DNA of 64,000 nt from the human T2T-CHM13v2.0 reference genome, Homo sapiens. Below the pieces are notes generated by a model. It saw only the letters and a program-made list of their open reading frames with translations. It made no database searches and was not told the DNA's origin. Positions 38,382 through 52,195 of the stretch are shown here, piece after piece (positions within the stretch are counted from its first letter, which is position 1; each line of letters opens with the position of its first letter). The translations under genes were made by a program, and so were the position numbers. The stretch is taken from the NCBI RefSeq assembly GCF_009914755.1, contig NC_060934.1. One strand, given 5' to 3'.

Positions 38382-39871
38382 TAGAGTGGGCTGCTGCTAT
38401 AGATACCCCAAAATATGGAAGTGACTTTGGAACTGGGTAACAAGCAGGGATTGGAACAGTTCGGAGGGCTCAGAAGAAGACAAGACGTGGGAAAGTTTGG
38501 AACTTCCTAGAGACTCATTAAATGGCTTTGGCCAAAAGGTTGATAGTGATATGGACAATAAAGCCCAGGCTGAGGTGGTCTCAGATGAAAATGAGGAAAT
38601 TTCTGGGAACTGGAGCAAAGGTGACTCTTGTTATGTTTTAGCAAAGAGACTGGCAGCATTTTGCCCCTGCCCTAGAGATTTGTGGAATTTTGAACTTCAG
38701 AGAGATGATTTAGGGCATCTGGCAGAAGAAATTTCTAAGCAGCAAAGCATTCAAGATGTGACTTGGGTGCTGTTAAAGGTATTCAGTTTTATAAGGGAAG
38801 CAGAGCATTAAGTTCAGAAAATTTGCAGCCTGACAATGTGATAGGACAGAAAATCCCATTTTCTAAGGAGAAATTCAAGCCAGCCACGGAAATTTGCGTA
38901 AGTAACAAGGAGCCCAAATGTTTATCCCCAGGATCATGGGGAAAATGTTTCCAGGGCATGTCAGAAATCTTCACAGCAGCCCTCCCAACACACACCTGAG
39001 ACCTAGGCAGAAAAAGTGGTTTCTTGGGCCGGGACCAGGATCCCCATGCTGTGTGCAGCCTAGGGACTTGGTGCCCTGCAACCCAGCCACTCTGGCCATG
39101 GCTGAAAGTGGCCAACATAGAGCTTGGGCTGTGCCTTCAGAGGGTGCAAGCCCCAAGCATTGTCAGCTTCCCTGTGGTGTTGTGCCTTCAAGTGCGTAGA
39201 ATTGGGATTTGGGAACCTCTGCCGAGATTTCAGAAGATGTATGGAAACACCTGGATGCCCAGGCAGAAGTTTGCTGCAGGGGTGGGGCCTTCATGAAGAA
39301 CCTCTGTTAGAGCAGTGTAGAAGGGATATGTGGGGTCAGAGCCCCCACACAGAGTCCCTACTCGGCACCACCTTATGGAGCTGTGAGAAGAGGGCCACTC
39401 TCCTCCAGACCCCAGAATGGTAAATACACTGACAGCTTGCACTGTGTGCCTGGAAAAACCACACACACTAAATGCCAGGACATGAAAGCAGCCAGAAGGC
39501 AGGAGGCTACATCCTGCAAAGCCACAGGGGCAGAGCTGCCCAAGTCCATGGGAACCTACCTCTTGTATCAGCATGACCTGGATGTGAGACATGGAGTCAA
39601 AGGAGGTCATTTTTGAGCTTTAAGATTTGACTCCCCTGCTGGATTTTGGACTTGCATGGGGCCTGTAGCCCCTTTGTTTTGGCCAACTTCTCCCATTTGA
39701 AATGGCTGTATTTACCCATTGAAATGGGTAATTTATTTACTCAGATGAAACAATGGACTATGGACTTTTGAGCTAATGCTGAAATGAGTTATAACTTTGG
39801 GGGAATGTTGGGAAAGCATGATTGGTTTTGAAATGTGAGGAAATGCCATTTGGGAGGGGCCAGGGGAGGAA
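38378..39871 (+). mobile_element. THE1 internal region lacking its 5' LTR
   Basis: ccagtagagtggg...gactttggaactgggtaac; fragmented MaLR ORF (ELPRDSLNGF...LAKRLAAFCPCPRDLWNFEL); purine tract gggaggggccaggggagga. Confidence 0.93.
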
Positions 39872-40229
39872 TGATATGGTTTGGCTGTTTCCCCACACAA
39901 ATCTCATCTTGCATTCTCACATCTTGTGGGAGGGACCCAGTAGTAGGAGGTGGTTGAATCATAGGGGCAGGTCTTTCCCATGCTGTTCTCATGATGGAGG
40001 ATAAGTCTCACAGGATCTGATGGTTTTAAAAAGGGGAGTTCCCCTGCACAAGCTCTCTTTGCCTGCTGCCCTCCATGTAAGATGTGACTTGCTCCTCCTT
40101 GTCTTCTGCCATGATTGTGAGGCCTCCTCTGCCACATGGAACTGTGGGTTCTCCATTAAACCTCGTTCCTTTGTAAATTGCCCAGTCTCTGGTATGCCTT
40201 TATCAGCAGCATGAAAGCAGACTAATACA
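39872..40229 (+). mobile_element. THE1B/A-like 3' LTR
   Basis: tgatatggtttggctg...gactaataca. Confidence 0.94.
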
Positions 40230-40234
40230 CAAAG

Positions 40235-40410
40235 CATAGCATTTCTTGGAGATCTGTTATGAAAATTGGCTTACTGAAGGCCTTAATAAACTCTGCAGTA
40301 AATATATCTGTGTAACTTTTTTTGTATCAGCATTTCCCATGATTACTTCAGTAGAAAATACCATTTTTTTTAAATGACACATCACATTTCAAAAAATAGT
40401 GCTTTAAAGG
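40235..40410. mobile_element. Possible hAT-Charlie (Charlie4-like) fragment
   Basis: gaaggccttaataaactctgcagtaaa...cagcatttccca resembles a Charlie4-type motif; heavily diverged. Confidence 0.35.
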
Positions 40411-42244
40411 TATTAAATAGATTACTGGATTTAGAAAATGTCCCCTAAGCATTTTACAGTTCAGGGAATGTCTGGTAAGATTGCTTGACATATGGAATAC
40501 TAAGTAGGAGTTATTAGACTCATCTATCTAGTTATAAATTTAGCTTCTAGCTATTTTTCTCTATTTTGAAAATCATGAATTAAAAATAAATAAATTTCAT
40601 TGAAATTGGTTACCACTTTTTCAAACTCTTTTTCAATTTCTACCCAGTGTTGTTTGTGCAGAGATATTTTTAAAATTAGGTAATACATACAGTACATGTT
40701 TATATAAACCATCATTGCAAATTAGAAATTCTGAGATGACCAACAAGATGTTTATGTTCATATCTGTTGCCATTTTAGTCAGTTTTTCAAGGATCCTGGC
40801 AATATTCAAATCTCTCTTTATCCTTTCAGTTTTAAACTGGATTGGTCTCTGGTCAGGTGAATGACAAATGAATATATTTGAATGTTAAATAGAAAGGAAA
40901 GGAAATCCCCTCAGGATAATAATACTGTTTTAGTTTTCTCATAGTAATTTACAAAAGAACATTAACTAGTTCCAGTTGCCTGCTCCAAACTATTATGGCA
41001 ATTCAAATCTTCCCCAATAAAATTTTAAAAGAAAAAAAAAACAATTCTAATTCCTAGTAATAATCATTTGTAAAATAATAAAGCTCCACAATATTTTTGT
41101 AAGTTTCTATTTCTTGCTTTGAAGTCCCAATTTACTTTCATTTCGTTTGCATTTTACATTCTATTGGACATGATTTTGAAAGATACTTTGTAGTGAATGC
41201 ATGCTCAGCATGGATACTTATTTGTGAATATGTTGTTTAATCAATAGTATTGACCACTGTCTTTTTAAGAATGCTAGTTTCTTGCATAAAAAGCATTATT
41301 ACCAACCAATGGGCATAATTTGTCTTCAACAACATTAATGTAATGTAACAATGATAACTGAATTCATATAAATATATTGTTCCACTTACTGAGTAGATGG
41401 ATGTAATTATCTGAGGAAAAGTTCTTTTCTCAACCTTAGAAATAGAGGTAATTGAAAAAAGAGAAAAGCTGGGCATGTATACTGTATATAACCAAACATT
41501 TTACTTTAATGGGTCAATAAAAAGTAAATAGACATAAACTTGAAACTGAAAACCATCTTGGCCTTTCAAATAATTACTAATTTTATACACACAGGGTCAC
41601 AGACATAATTAAAACATGGTTGATCAGAAGATGAGATTTCTGGTTTTTATCCCATGATTTTTCATTAAAATATTAGTAATGTCTTACATACCTCAGGCAC
41701 TTTTCATTTAAAAGACAGCGGCTATGATAAAAATTTTGACCTTCTCAACATGTCTCTTAGGGATAAATGGCAAAAGTTAGATCAGCTAGGTGAGGAGATA
41801 TTTAAAATCACTCGACTTATTTATCAGTGGAGCTGAAAATAAAACTGATGTCTTTTTACAAACTTGCTTTATAATATTATGCCTTATTGAAATATATTCT
41901 AGCTGAAAAGCAACTAAGTAGGGCATACTGTTTCCAAAGGTGCTTTTAGTATATATTTAAAATATTAAATAATTGATACATTAGAAACTCAAAACTATTA
42001 TTTGAGTTTACAAATAAGACAACGGCTAACATATTTTATATAATATCTTTCAGTTTGTAACATGCTTTCTCATATTATTTCCCCAAAATTAAAATGCCTA
42101 CTTGATTGATGCAAATGTTTCTATGATGATAATATTTAACTATATTTAAAAGAAAAAATAAAGAATTTTTTAAAAATCACTCTATAATATAAACCTCTTG
42201 AAGGAAAATGTATTATTAAATATTTTACCAACCCTGTACTACTT

Positions 42245-42919
<675 letters not shown>

Positions 42920-43049
42920 TTAATTTATTTATATTTTAGAGATAAGGGTCTCACAGACTTATCACACGACCTTATTTTCAATACTAAAAGATAATGTTTG
43001 CTGCTCTTTATAGAATTGGTTGAAAATAGTCCAAGTAAGTCAGGGAAGT

Positions 43050-43850
43050 TGGAATAGCAGAAACTCCACCAAGATGGTGATCTTGGTGTAGTATTGATAG
43101 ATCTTGACTGTAGTATTGTAAAGGAAGAATTATGGTGGCTTAGCATGGTGTACAGACACTGAATATAAAGAAAACCAGATGCATATGAGATTGGTTTGAG
43201 ATACGACTGAAAGGACTTGGGGACAGATTGAATATGGGGGTCGATGAGGGAAATAGAAGAATTCAAAGAAATTTTCAGGCTAAACAAACAATTAAAGACC
43301 TCAAAGTCAGAAGAATAAATAAAGATCTGAAGCTGAGTTGCTTATAGCCAAATTTGATTAGCCATAGAACTGAAAGCTTCTGAGGTTGGGTGTGAGAGTA
43401 CAGGTAGGTCATCTGCTATATGCAATATGAGAAATGCAACTGCAATATCTACATTAAGCCACAAATCATGAATACCTGCTTGACTATGTCCTCTGTAATG
43501 GAATTATGAAACATTCTGTCGACTCTCTTAAGAAAACATCAGGAAATCTTGTAGAAATAGAGGGATCCCTTTTGTTTGGATGACTTAGACTTTATTTCCA
43601 GAGGTATCTTGTATTTAACAAAATGGATATTGGACAGCTACTCAAATTCACACTGAATTTGAGTAGCTGATGAATGAACTAGAGGTAAAAAAGTAGTAAT
43701 ACGCAACACACAACACATTTCATGAGTTTTGCTGTGAAAAAACACAAGTGAGGTAGAGCCTCTTAAGACACCAGATAACAAGAACATGCTGAGATATCTC
43801 TGGAAATGGTGCTAAAAAGAGAGGAATTAGTAATACAGAAATGAGAAAAT
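43050..43850 (-). mobile_element. L2 fragments
   Basis: gaaaggacttggggacagattgaatatgggg and ttcatgagttttgctgtgaa motifs; very diverged. Confidence 0.5.
43635..43669. repeat. Perfect inverted repeat: 16-bp arms, 3-nt loop
   Basis: cagctactcaaattca-cac-tgaatttgagtagctg. Confidence 0.97.
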
Positions 43851-45158
43851 CTACAGTGAAAATATATTTATTTTTTGTTACTGAATAAAATAAATTTTAC
43901 TTTAATGACACGAAAAGATCAACCATCCCTCATCCAACAAATTAAAAAGTCAGAAATTATCATTTACAGCAATGACAAAAAGTGTTTCTGATTTATAGTT
44001 ATTCTGAAAATAACATTTTTTCAAACACTTTTCACCTGAAATCTAACCAGACTCCTGTACATAATTTTGATGTTATTAAAATTTACATTCACTTGAAAGA
44101 AGCAAAGTTTTAAACCCAGATGTCAAAAACATGACACCAAATCCCACAGAGAATCCATGGATGTTGAGTCTCTTCAAAATTTAAAATTATGTAGCTTTTT
44201 AAAAAATGATGTTTTCCCTTTACTCATAAGAATATTTTATTACCGCAACCTGGCTTCACCTTAATCTTTGTCATTCCTAATTAATGTCCTAATTAATGAC
44301 TCTCTGTCATTTCTAATCAATGTAGAATGTGTACAACAAATTTCAGTTTCACAAAGACAAATCCATAAAAGCAAGTGCAGGTGTTTAAACCATGAATTTG
44401 GGGCAGTTACTTTCAGATGTCAAAAATAGCAGCCTAGTATCTGCAAAGCAGTTGCCTGATATAAAGAATTCTTAAGAAGATGCAGTTTTATAACAGTAAT
44501 GAAAAAAATACTATATCTAGAAAATATAAAGTATATATTTCTAGGTATAGTCTATAAATACAGTAAACTTTTGTGATCTCCGTGAGTTCTGAGAAACTTG
44601 TTGATAGTTTTATTTTCAGATTATAGAAGTTTACATTATAAAATTTATTATAAATTTTGGTTATAACTATTATTATAACTAGCATAAAAGATTAGTATCT
44701 TTGTCAGACAATGTTATTATAAACCAAGTGTATTTATAAAACATATGTGTATATATGTATATGTGTGTGTATAAAATACCTATAACTTCATATACAATAG
44801 CCATTTACTTGGGATGCATTAATATTTTGTTAGAAGAAACACAACCTAATCTACAACCATTACATAGGTTTTTGCTATTTGCGCTTCTTCTACTGCCTTT
44901 CTAGATCTTTACTTTGATTACATTTCTACAGATTATATGTGATAAATTATCAGTGTTCCAACATAAATTAATCATTTAGAAACAAAATAGTAATATCATA
45001 ATTACATTAAAGTTTATATCTTCTTTCAGAGATCTAAGAAAACCTAAGGTTTGGTGTTTCTTTAATGACTAAACATCTAAAGATATAAGAATGTAGGTAG
45101 TTATCGTAGGTTTTATGATTATTGTATATTCTGGGGAAGAGGTTTAGAAATTAGTTTA

Positions 45159-45480
<322 letters not shown>

Positions 45481-45621
45481 ATTATCTTACTTTAGAATAT
45501 CATAAAATCATCATGAAGATTTTAAAAATTTTGGTCTGGTATATTGTATGAATCCCAGGGATTAAGAGAGGCAATTTTGCCCATAACAACTTCTAATATT
45601 CTCGGTGCTAAATGGTGTCAG

Positions 45622-46149
45622 TGAAACTGGTCCAACTGTCCCGTAGAACTGATGTTTATAGTTTCTTCCGAATAAACATATAAATTAACCCTCCCCCCCA
45701 CGCCCCAAACACACACACACACTCTAGTCTCAAACTTAAGAAAGTTACGTTTGTCTTATTGAGTTCCTTTCTCAGGAAACCACCAATGGGGGGCTTCACA
45801 GAGACTACCAAAGAACTGAAACTTAACAGGTTACTGCATCTGGACGATGAGATACTAGATTCCCCACCCATCATGACTGTCTTACCTACCACCTGTTGTC
45901 TGTTGACAAACTCCTCTTCCTTACATCTCCCTAATTCCTATTTTCTCACACATGGTTACATTTCTTTCCTGTTATATAAATCCCTAATTTCAGTTGGTTG
46001 AAGAGATGGATTTGAGACTCATCTCTCACCTCCTTAGCTGCAATACCTCATTAAATTCTTCTTCCCTAGAAATATTCATTGTCTCAATGATTGGCTTTCT
46101 GTGCAGTGGGGAGCAGGACCTATACTGAACCCCTAGCATTTCAGTAACA
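45622..46149 (+). mobile_element. LOR1 5' LTR
   Basis: tgaaactggtccaactgtcccgtagaactgatgtttat...tttcagtaaca; TATA-like tatataaa near 45973. Confidence 0.93.
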
Positions 46150-46154
46150 GATTT

Positions 46155-46172
46155 TGGTTTCCTGACCAGGAA
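46155..46172 (+). other. Primer binding site, tRNA-Glu type
   Basis: TGGTTTCCTGACCAGGAA versus the tRNA-Glu 3'-end complement TGGTTCCCTGACCGGGAA (16/18), 5 nt after the LTR. Confidence 0.8.
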
Positions 46173-46891
46173 CACATTGCTCATGGCTCAGACTGCAGTG
46201 GGCCAGGAGTTTCAGAAACCCTCCTAAACAGTGGCTTCACCATTTTTTCGCCAGAGCTTGGTCTCATTCTCTCTTCGGCCCTGCCACTTCTGGCCCCAAC
46301 CACACTTCTGATTGCCTAGGAAGAATAGCCTTTGACATTTGACATCTGAGTTTGGATGGCTGAGTGTCTTTTGTAGGTACCAGATAGCTGGATCTGCTGT
46401 CCTCAATTTGGGGAATGCTGAAGGAATTTCCATTTGAAGGTTGAACAAGCCCAACCAATTCAGAGAGGAAAACACCCTGGCTGTTTCACTTTGGATACTT
46501 GGGGCTAGTTTGTTGCTCAGTATGTGGATTGTGTTTTGGTTATTGTTTGTGTGTATGTTGATGTAGTCACGGGAGGTCAGTGTTCTATCCCAGAATACAG
46601 CCCTTTGGGGTGCCTTCTTCATGGTTGGTCTGTATGGGCTTGTGAGCCAGGCCCTGAATGTGTCTATCTCATCTGATCTTTGAAGGTCTTTAAATGGTAC
46701 TGTTGTCTTACAATTGGATTCATTTTGCTATTGAATGGGAAAGCAGGATGGAGTTTTGTGAACCTAGGCTTTTATGCTGCTGTTCTAAGCAGGGTTTGGT
46801 CAGGTTAGTACATGATGTTCTTCTGAGATGCTGTTTGGCCCGAGTGTTCTTTGGAGTCTGGGGAGGTTTGGCTTTTAAAAATCAAACTGCT

Positions 46892-47195
<304 letters not shown>

Positions 47196-48375
47196 CTACC
47201 TTGGAAACTGCTGCACCCAAAATATTGGTACAAAACCTTCACTGGATTACCTATGGGGGCAAACAAAGTTTACCCATGTGACCATATTTGTAAACTGGTG
47301 AGTTCATGTTGCTATCTGATGGCGAGAGTTTCAAGGTAAAAACTATTGGATCTTTGTGTGTGTATATACATGTTTAGATGTGTTTATCATATGTTGCATC
47401 TACCAAATTGGCTTTTAAATAAAAGAGTACTAATAAGTCCAGGCAATTTTCAAATTCATGTGACTTAAGTAAATCTTAAATAAACAAGCTAGCTTTACAA
47501 TTATTGGTAAAATTAAAATAAAAGTTTCTTAGGAATTGTCAGCATACATTTTCATCTGGGTTTTATATTTGTCTTTGCTAGATATTTTGAAATATCAGAG
47601 TTCGGCACAGAAGGCTATAAAACTATAAAAGCAACCAAAACAAAATGATCTTTGTGCAAATTTATTTGACAAAACTAATATAATGTTTTTGGTTTAATAA
47701 AAACAGCTAAATCTTCGGAATTATTGGCAAAATAATCCATGTATTTAACTTTAAGTTTGTTACTATAAAACCTAATATTTACAGGTTATAAAATGGTTAA
47801 CAAGGAAATGCTGATTTTGTCTAATACTTCAGTTCTTATAAGTAATCTAGATAAACTGCTAAAAAAAATGAAAGATTCCAGTACATGTGAATGGTATTAG
47901 TGCTGGTGAACATTTTGTAGAATATAAAAACAAAATTATTTTAGACGCTCCTTTGATGTCTGGGTCATTTCCAATTAAGAAAGGGTTATGATATGCAGAA
48001 ATGTATTTTTTAAAATTGTAGAATGTTCTCATCTATAAAATCCAATAATTGGTAGAAGTTCAGGATTTCTTGCTTCCTAGGCTTTCACTAAAATGTAAGG
48101 GTACTTAGAATAAGAATTCTAGCTAATATATCATTCTGTATATAAAATGTGCCAAAGAAGATATGTTCTTATTGAAAAAAACAATAATTTTGTCTAATTC
48201 ACAAGTCATCTAAAGGTTAATTCAAATTATGGACTATGGCAAAGTTTTGCCATAAAATAAAATGAGTGGTTACTTTTAAAAAATATATAGAATAAAACAG
48301 AAATTCCAAGTATGTCATTGTCTGTGTAAGTCATAAATTTTTTTTCCTGTTTCTCTGTGTGTCTATCTTCATGGC

Positions 48376-48474
48376 CACTCCGGCATGGCACATGTATACA
48401 TATGTAACTAACCTGCACATTGTGCACATGTATCCTGAAACTTAAAGTATAAATAATAATAAAAAAAAGAAAAA
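48376..48474 (+). mobile_element. Severely 5'-truncated young L1PA (about PA2-PA4) 3' terminus with A-tail
   Basis: gcatggcacatgtatacatatgtaactaacctgcacattgtgcacatgtatcctgaaacttaaagtataa plus A-rich tail. Confidence 0.93.
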
Positions 48475-49594
48475 TGTAGTTGACTTCTTTAGCATAATAG
48501 TTTGGATAATTCTGTCATTAAAATACCCTTCTGCTTTTTCCAGAATAAATAATCATCACAATTAAAAAAAAATTGAAAATGTTTAGATAATAAAATATTC
48601 TTTGAAGCCCAATAGATAATTGGAGACATTTGACTAATTAACATTGTTCATAGTTAAAGCTCTTAGTGTTTATGAAGGTAAAATAAGAAATATTGTAAAG
48701 AAATACATTGGCAATTTGGCAATTCTTTTTTTAATATTGTTAAGCATGAAGCTGGATTTAGCATGGAGCCTAATTTCACATAAATGCTTGCTTTGTTTTA
48801 CTTAACACTAAATTTGCTATTCTGTTTATTAGTACCAGCACTACAACATTTACTTGTCAAATGCCTGAAGAAAATTTCTTAATTGCATAAAATGCATTGT
48901 GGTATTTTGTAGACTTAAAGATATTCAGTTGTATATCAGGAACAAAATATCCACAACGTGTATGTTTTTATGTCCTGGATAGCACTGTAGCCTCCGATGT
49001 AAACTGAGTAAGATAAAATGTGGGGGTTGCTTTCCTGTTTATTTTGTTTTGCTTTTAATTTTTATTCATTTTCTATCTTTTCTTAGTTTTTATGTATATA
49101 TGTATATATAAAGCACTTTTTTGTTGTTTTTTTGTTTTTTGGTTTCTAACAGAATGCTCATATTTGACTCCTTGAATAGTCATTTTGTTTCCTATACATT
49201 TGAAACAATTCATCATTTGTTCTGTTTATCAAAAGTCCCTAAGTTACCTTTGTCAAGCCTCCCAAAATTGATAGGACAACCTAGCCATTTAAAATTCAAT
49301 ATGTTTTTCTTACCTCTGATGACCTAGAGAGCTTCAAGAGCTTTGAGGATTCTGGAAATAAATAAAGAAAATTTTTTTTTAAGTTCTGAACAGGGATAGT
49401 ACATTATTTATTTTGTTATTTGGAAAAGTAGGTAGGAGTAGAAATGTTTAAATGGTATTTATGTTTAAGGTAACTTAATTCAGTCCATAATTTGAGTTGG
49501 TTTTTGATCTTTTCCTTTAGGTAATGAGGAAAAACTGATATGGTTACAAAGTTTTAATGTTCAGGAAAGATTGGCCTTGTTCTTAAGATAATTA

Positions 49595-51918
49595 TGACGG
49601 CTGCGATGGTGTGTGTGGAGTGGCTGCTGTAAGGATGCTGGCTTCAGTGTGGGAGGTGCAGCCGGTGCTGCGTGCTTCAGAGACGGTGGGAGCCAGGAAC
49701 AGGTGAGAGCTCTGCCCCCTACTGAGTTGGCAGGGCAGGAGGCCACAGTACTGGGTGGAGCGATATCGGGGAAAATTCAGCCCGATATCGGGCGAAATTC
49801 ACCCCCGATATTTCACGTAGGTTCTTTTCTATATTCCCTAAGTGTCAGATGGTCTGAGAAATAAAGGGACAGAATACAAAAGAGAGAAATTTTAAAGCTG
49901 GGTGTCCAGGATAGACATCACATGTTGGCAGGTTCCGTGTTGCCCCCTGAGCTGTAAAACCAGCAAGTTTTTATTAGTGATTTCAAAAGGAGAGGGAATG
50001 TATGAATAGGGTGTGGGTCATAGAGATCACGTGCTTCACAAGGTAATAAGATATCACAAGGCAAATGGAGGCAGGGCGAGATCACAGGACCACAGGACAG
50101 GGGTGAAATTAGAATTGCTAATGAAGTTTCGGGCATGCATTGTCATTGATAACATCTTATCAGGAGACATGGTTTGAGAGCAGACAACCAGTCTCACTAA
50201 AAATTTATTAGGCAGGAATTTCCTCATTCTAATAAGCCTGGGAGCGCTATGGGAGACTAGGGCTTATTTCATCCCTACAGCTTCGACCATAAAAGATGGC
50301 CACCTGCTGAAGCGGCCATTTTAGAGGCCTACCCTCAGGGACACATTCTCTTTCTCAGGGATGTTCCTTGCTGAGAAAAAGAATTCAGCGATATTTCTCC
50401 CATTTGCTTTTGAAAGAAGAGAAATATGGCTCTGTTCCGCCTGGCTCACTGGTGGTCAGAGTTTAAGGTTATCTCTCTTGTTCCCTGAACATTGCTGTTA
50501 TCTTGTTCTTTTTTCAAGGTGCCCAGATTTCATATTGTTTAAACACACATGCTCTACAAACAATTTGTGCAGGTAACACAATCATCACAGGGTCCTGAGG
50601 CGACATATGTCCTCCTCAGCTTATGAAAATGACGGGATTAAGAGACTAAAGTAAAGACAGGCATAGGAAATCACAAGGGTATTGATTGGGGAAGTGATAA
50701 GTGTCCATGAAATCTTCACAATTTATGTTCAGAGATTGCAGTAAAGACAGGCGTAAGAAATTATAAAAGTATTAATTTGGGGAATCTGATAAATGTCCAT
50801 GAAATCTTCACAATTTATGTTCTTCCACCATGGCTTCAGTCAGTCCCTCCATTTGGGGTCCCTGACTTTCCACAACAGAGCTGCACCTGTCCAGTCACAG
50901 TCCAGACTCCAGCATCCCTGAACTCTTGGGGACCCAGAGTGAGAACTTCATTGATGACTGCTTGGCAAATCTGATGGTGCTTTTTCCAGGCCCATTTGTG
51001 GTCACCCATGGACAAATTAGCATGCACTTCCTTCATTCTTAGCACATTAAAAACCCCAGGCTCAGCTAGACTCACACACTCTTTGAGACGACCTGCCTGA
51101 GGAAAGGAGCTACCCACTATGCAACTTCTCCTCTCCTCTCTTCTGAGAGCTAGACATTCACAGGGACAACTTGCCTGTGGAAAGGAGCTACCCACTCTGG
51201 GTCTCCTCTCTGCTGAGAGCTGGGCATTCATTGGGATGACCTGCCTGCAGAAAGAAGCTACCCACTTCGGGTCTCCTGAGAGCTGTTCTGTTGCCCAGTA
51301 AGGCTCCTTTCTTCCTTGCTCACCTTCCAGTTGTCTGCATGCCTTATTCTTCCCGGATGCGGGACAAGAACCTGGGACATGCTGAATGGTGGGACTAAAA
51401 TAGCTGTAACACAAACAGGGCTAAAATACCCCCTGCTCTACACACACACTTGCCACGTTGTGGGTGATGAGAAGGAGCAAACAGCTGAGGCCCTTCATGG
51501 ATTCCAGACCTAGGGGCTCCCCAAGGCGGGGCTGTGACATCCTCATTGGGGCTCTGTGGTTCCTAACATCTCCAAGCCTCTGGGCAAGGCTGTCAGTGGT
51601 ATGCCTGTTCCACCCACAGCCTTGCACAGAGCTGGCACCTTTGCTGGCACCTGGAGCTGCCCACCCTGACACAGCCAGTGCCCTTGGCTGTGTACAGTGG
51701 TAAGACCTCATGCTCACTCACTCACACACCCCTCACTGATCCCTGCCTGGCTCACCCTTGGAAGGCGTGAGATCCAGGCTGGTAGCACAATCCAAGCACA
51801 GCCTGCCAGGCCAAGTAGGTGGAATGAGCCCAGTGAGCCCAAGCAAAACTCAGGCAAAGATGCCACCAGCCACAGAGGTTTCTGGCTGGAAAAGCAACCC
51901 CCTAAGGATCCTCTGACA
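49595..51918 (+). mobile_element. MER52 (MER52A-like) solo LTR inside LOR1, split by MER11
   Basis: tgacggctgcg...aaggatcctctgaca; perfect TSD ATTA at 49591-49594 and 51919-51922. Confidence 0.92.
49764..50877 (-). mobile_element. MER11 solo LTR (HERV-K11/HML-8)
   Basis: Minus strand starts tgttgtggaaagtcagggaccccaaatggagggactgactgaagccatgg and ends ...ttccccgata; imperfect 6-bp TSD gagcga/gagctg; MER52 resumes on both sides. Confidence 0.93.
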
Positions 51919-52195
51919 ATTATATTGACTGGGATTTCTCTAAATTACTGTACTTGTATTTAGCATTATTAAAATTATGTGATATTCAAATGGATTAAGT
52001 AGTAATAAAAAATGTGAGACTTTCTGGTAATTTTTTTGATCCCAAGATGTTTATCACTGATGGGCCTTCATGTGTCTTCATGAAAACAAAATATGTACAA
52101 GTGTCACACTAGCTTGAAGATTCTACTGGTGGAAGTTACCTAATTAGTTGTTAGTACTGTACCTAGAAACTGATCTTGGAAATGTGTGATGATAC

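Noticed and set aside
38497-38811. 104-aa THE1-int ORF as a domesticated gene
   Set aside because: Standard fragment of the MaLR internal ORF; TTG start, premature stop, and the upstream LTR promoter is deleted
49761-49812. CpG-rich palindromes (gcccgatatcgggc) and the ~107-bp internal repeat near 50700-50825
   Set aside because: As I recall, these are intrinsic to the MER11 LTR consensus rather than specific to this locus
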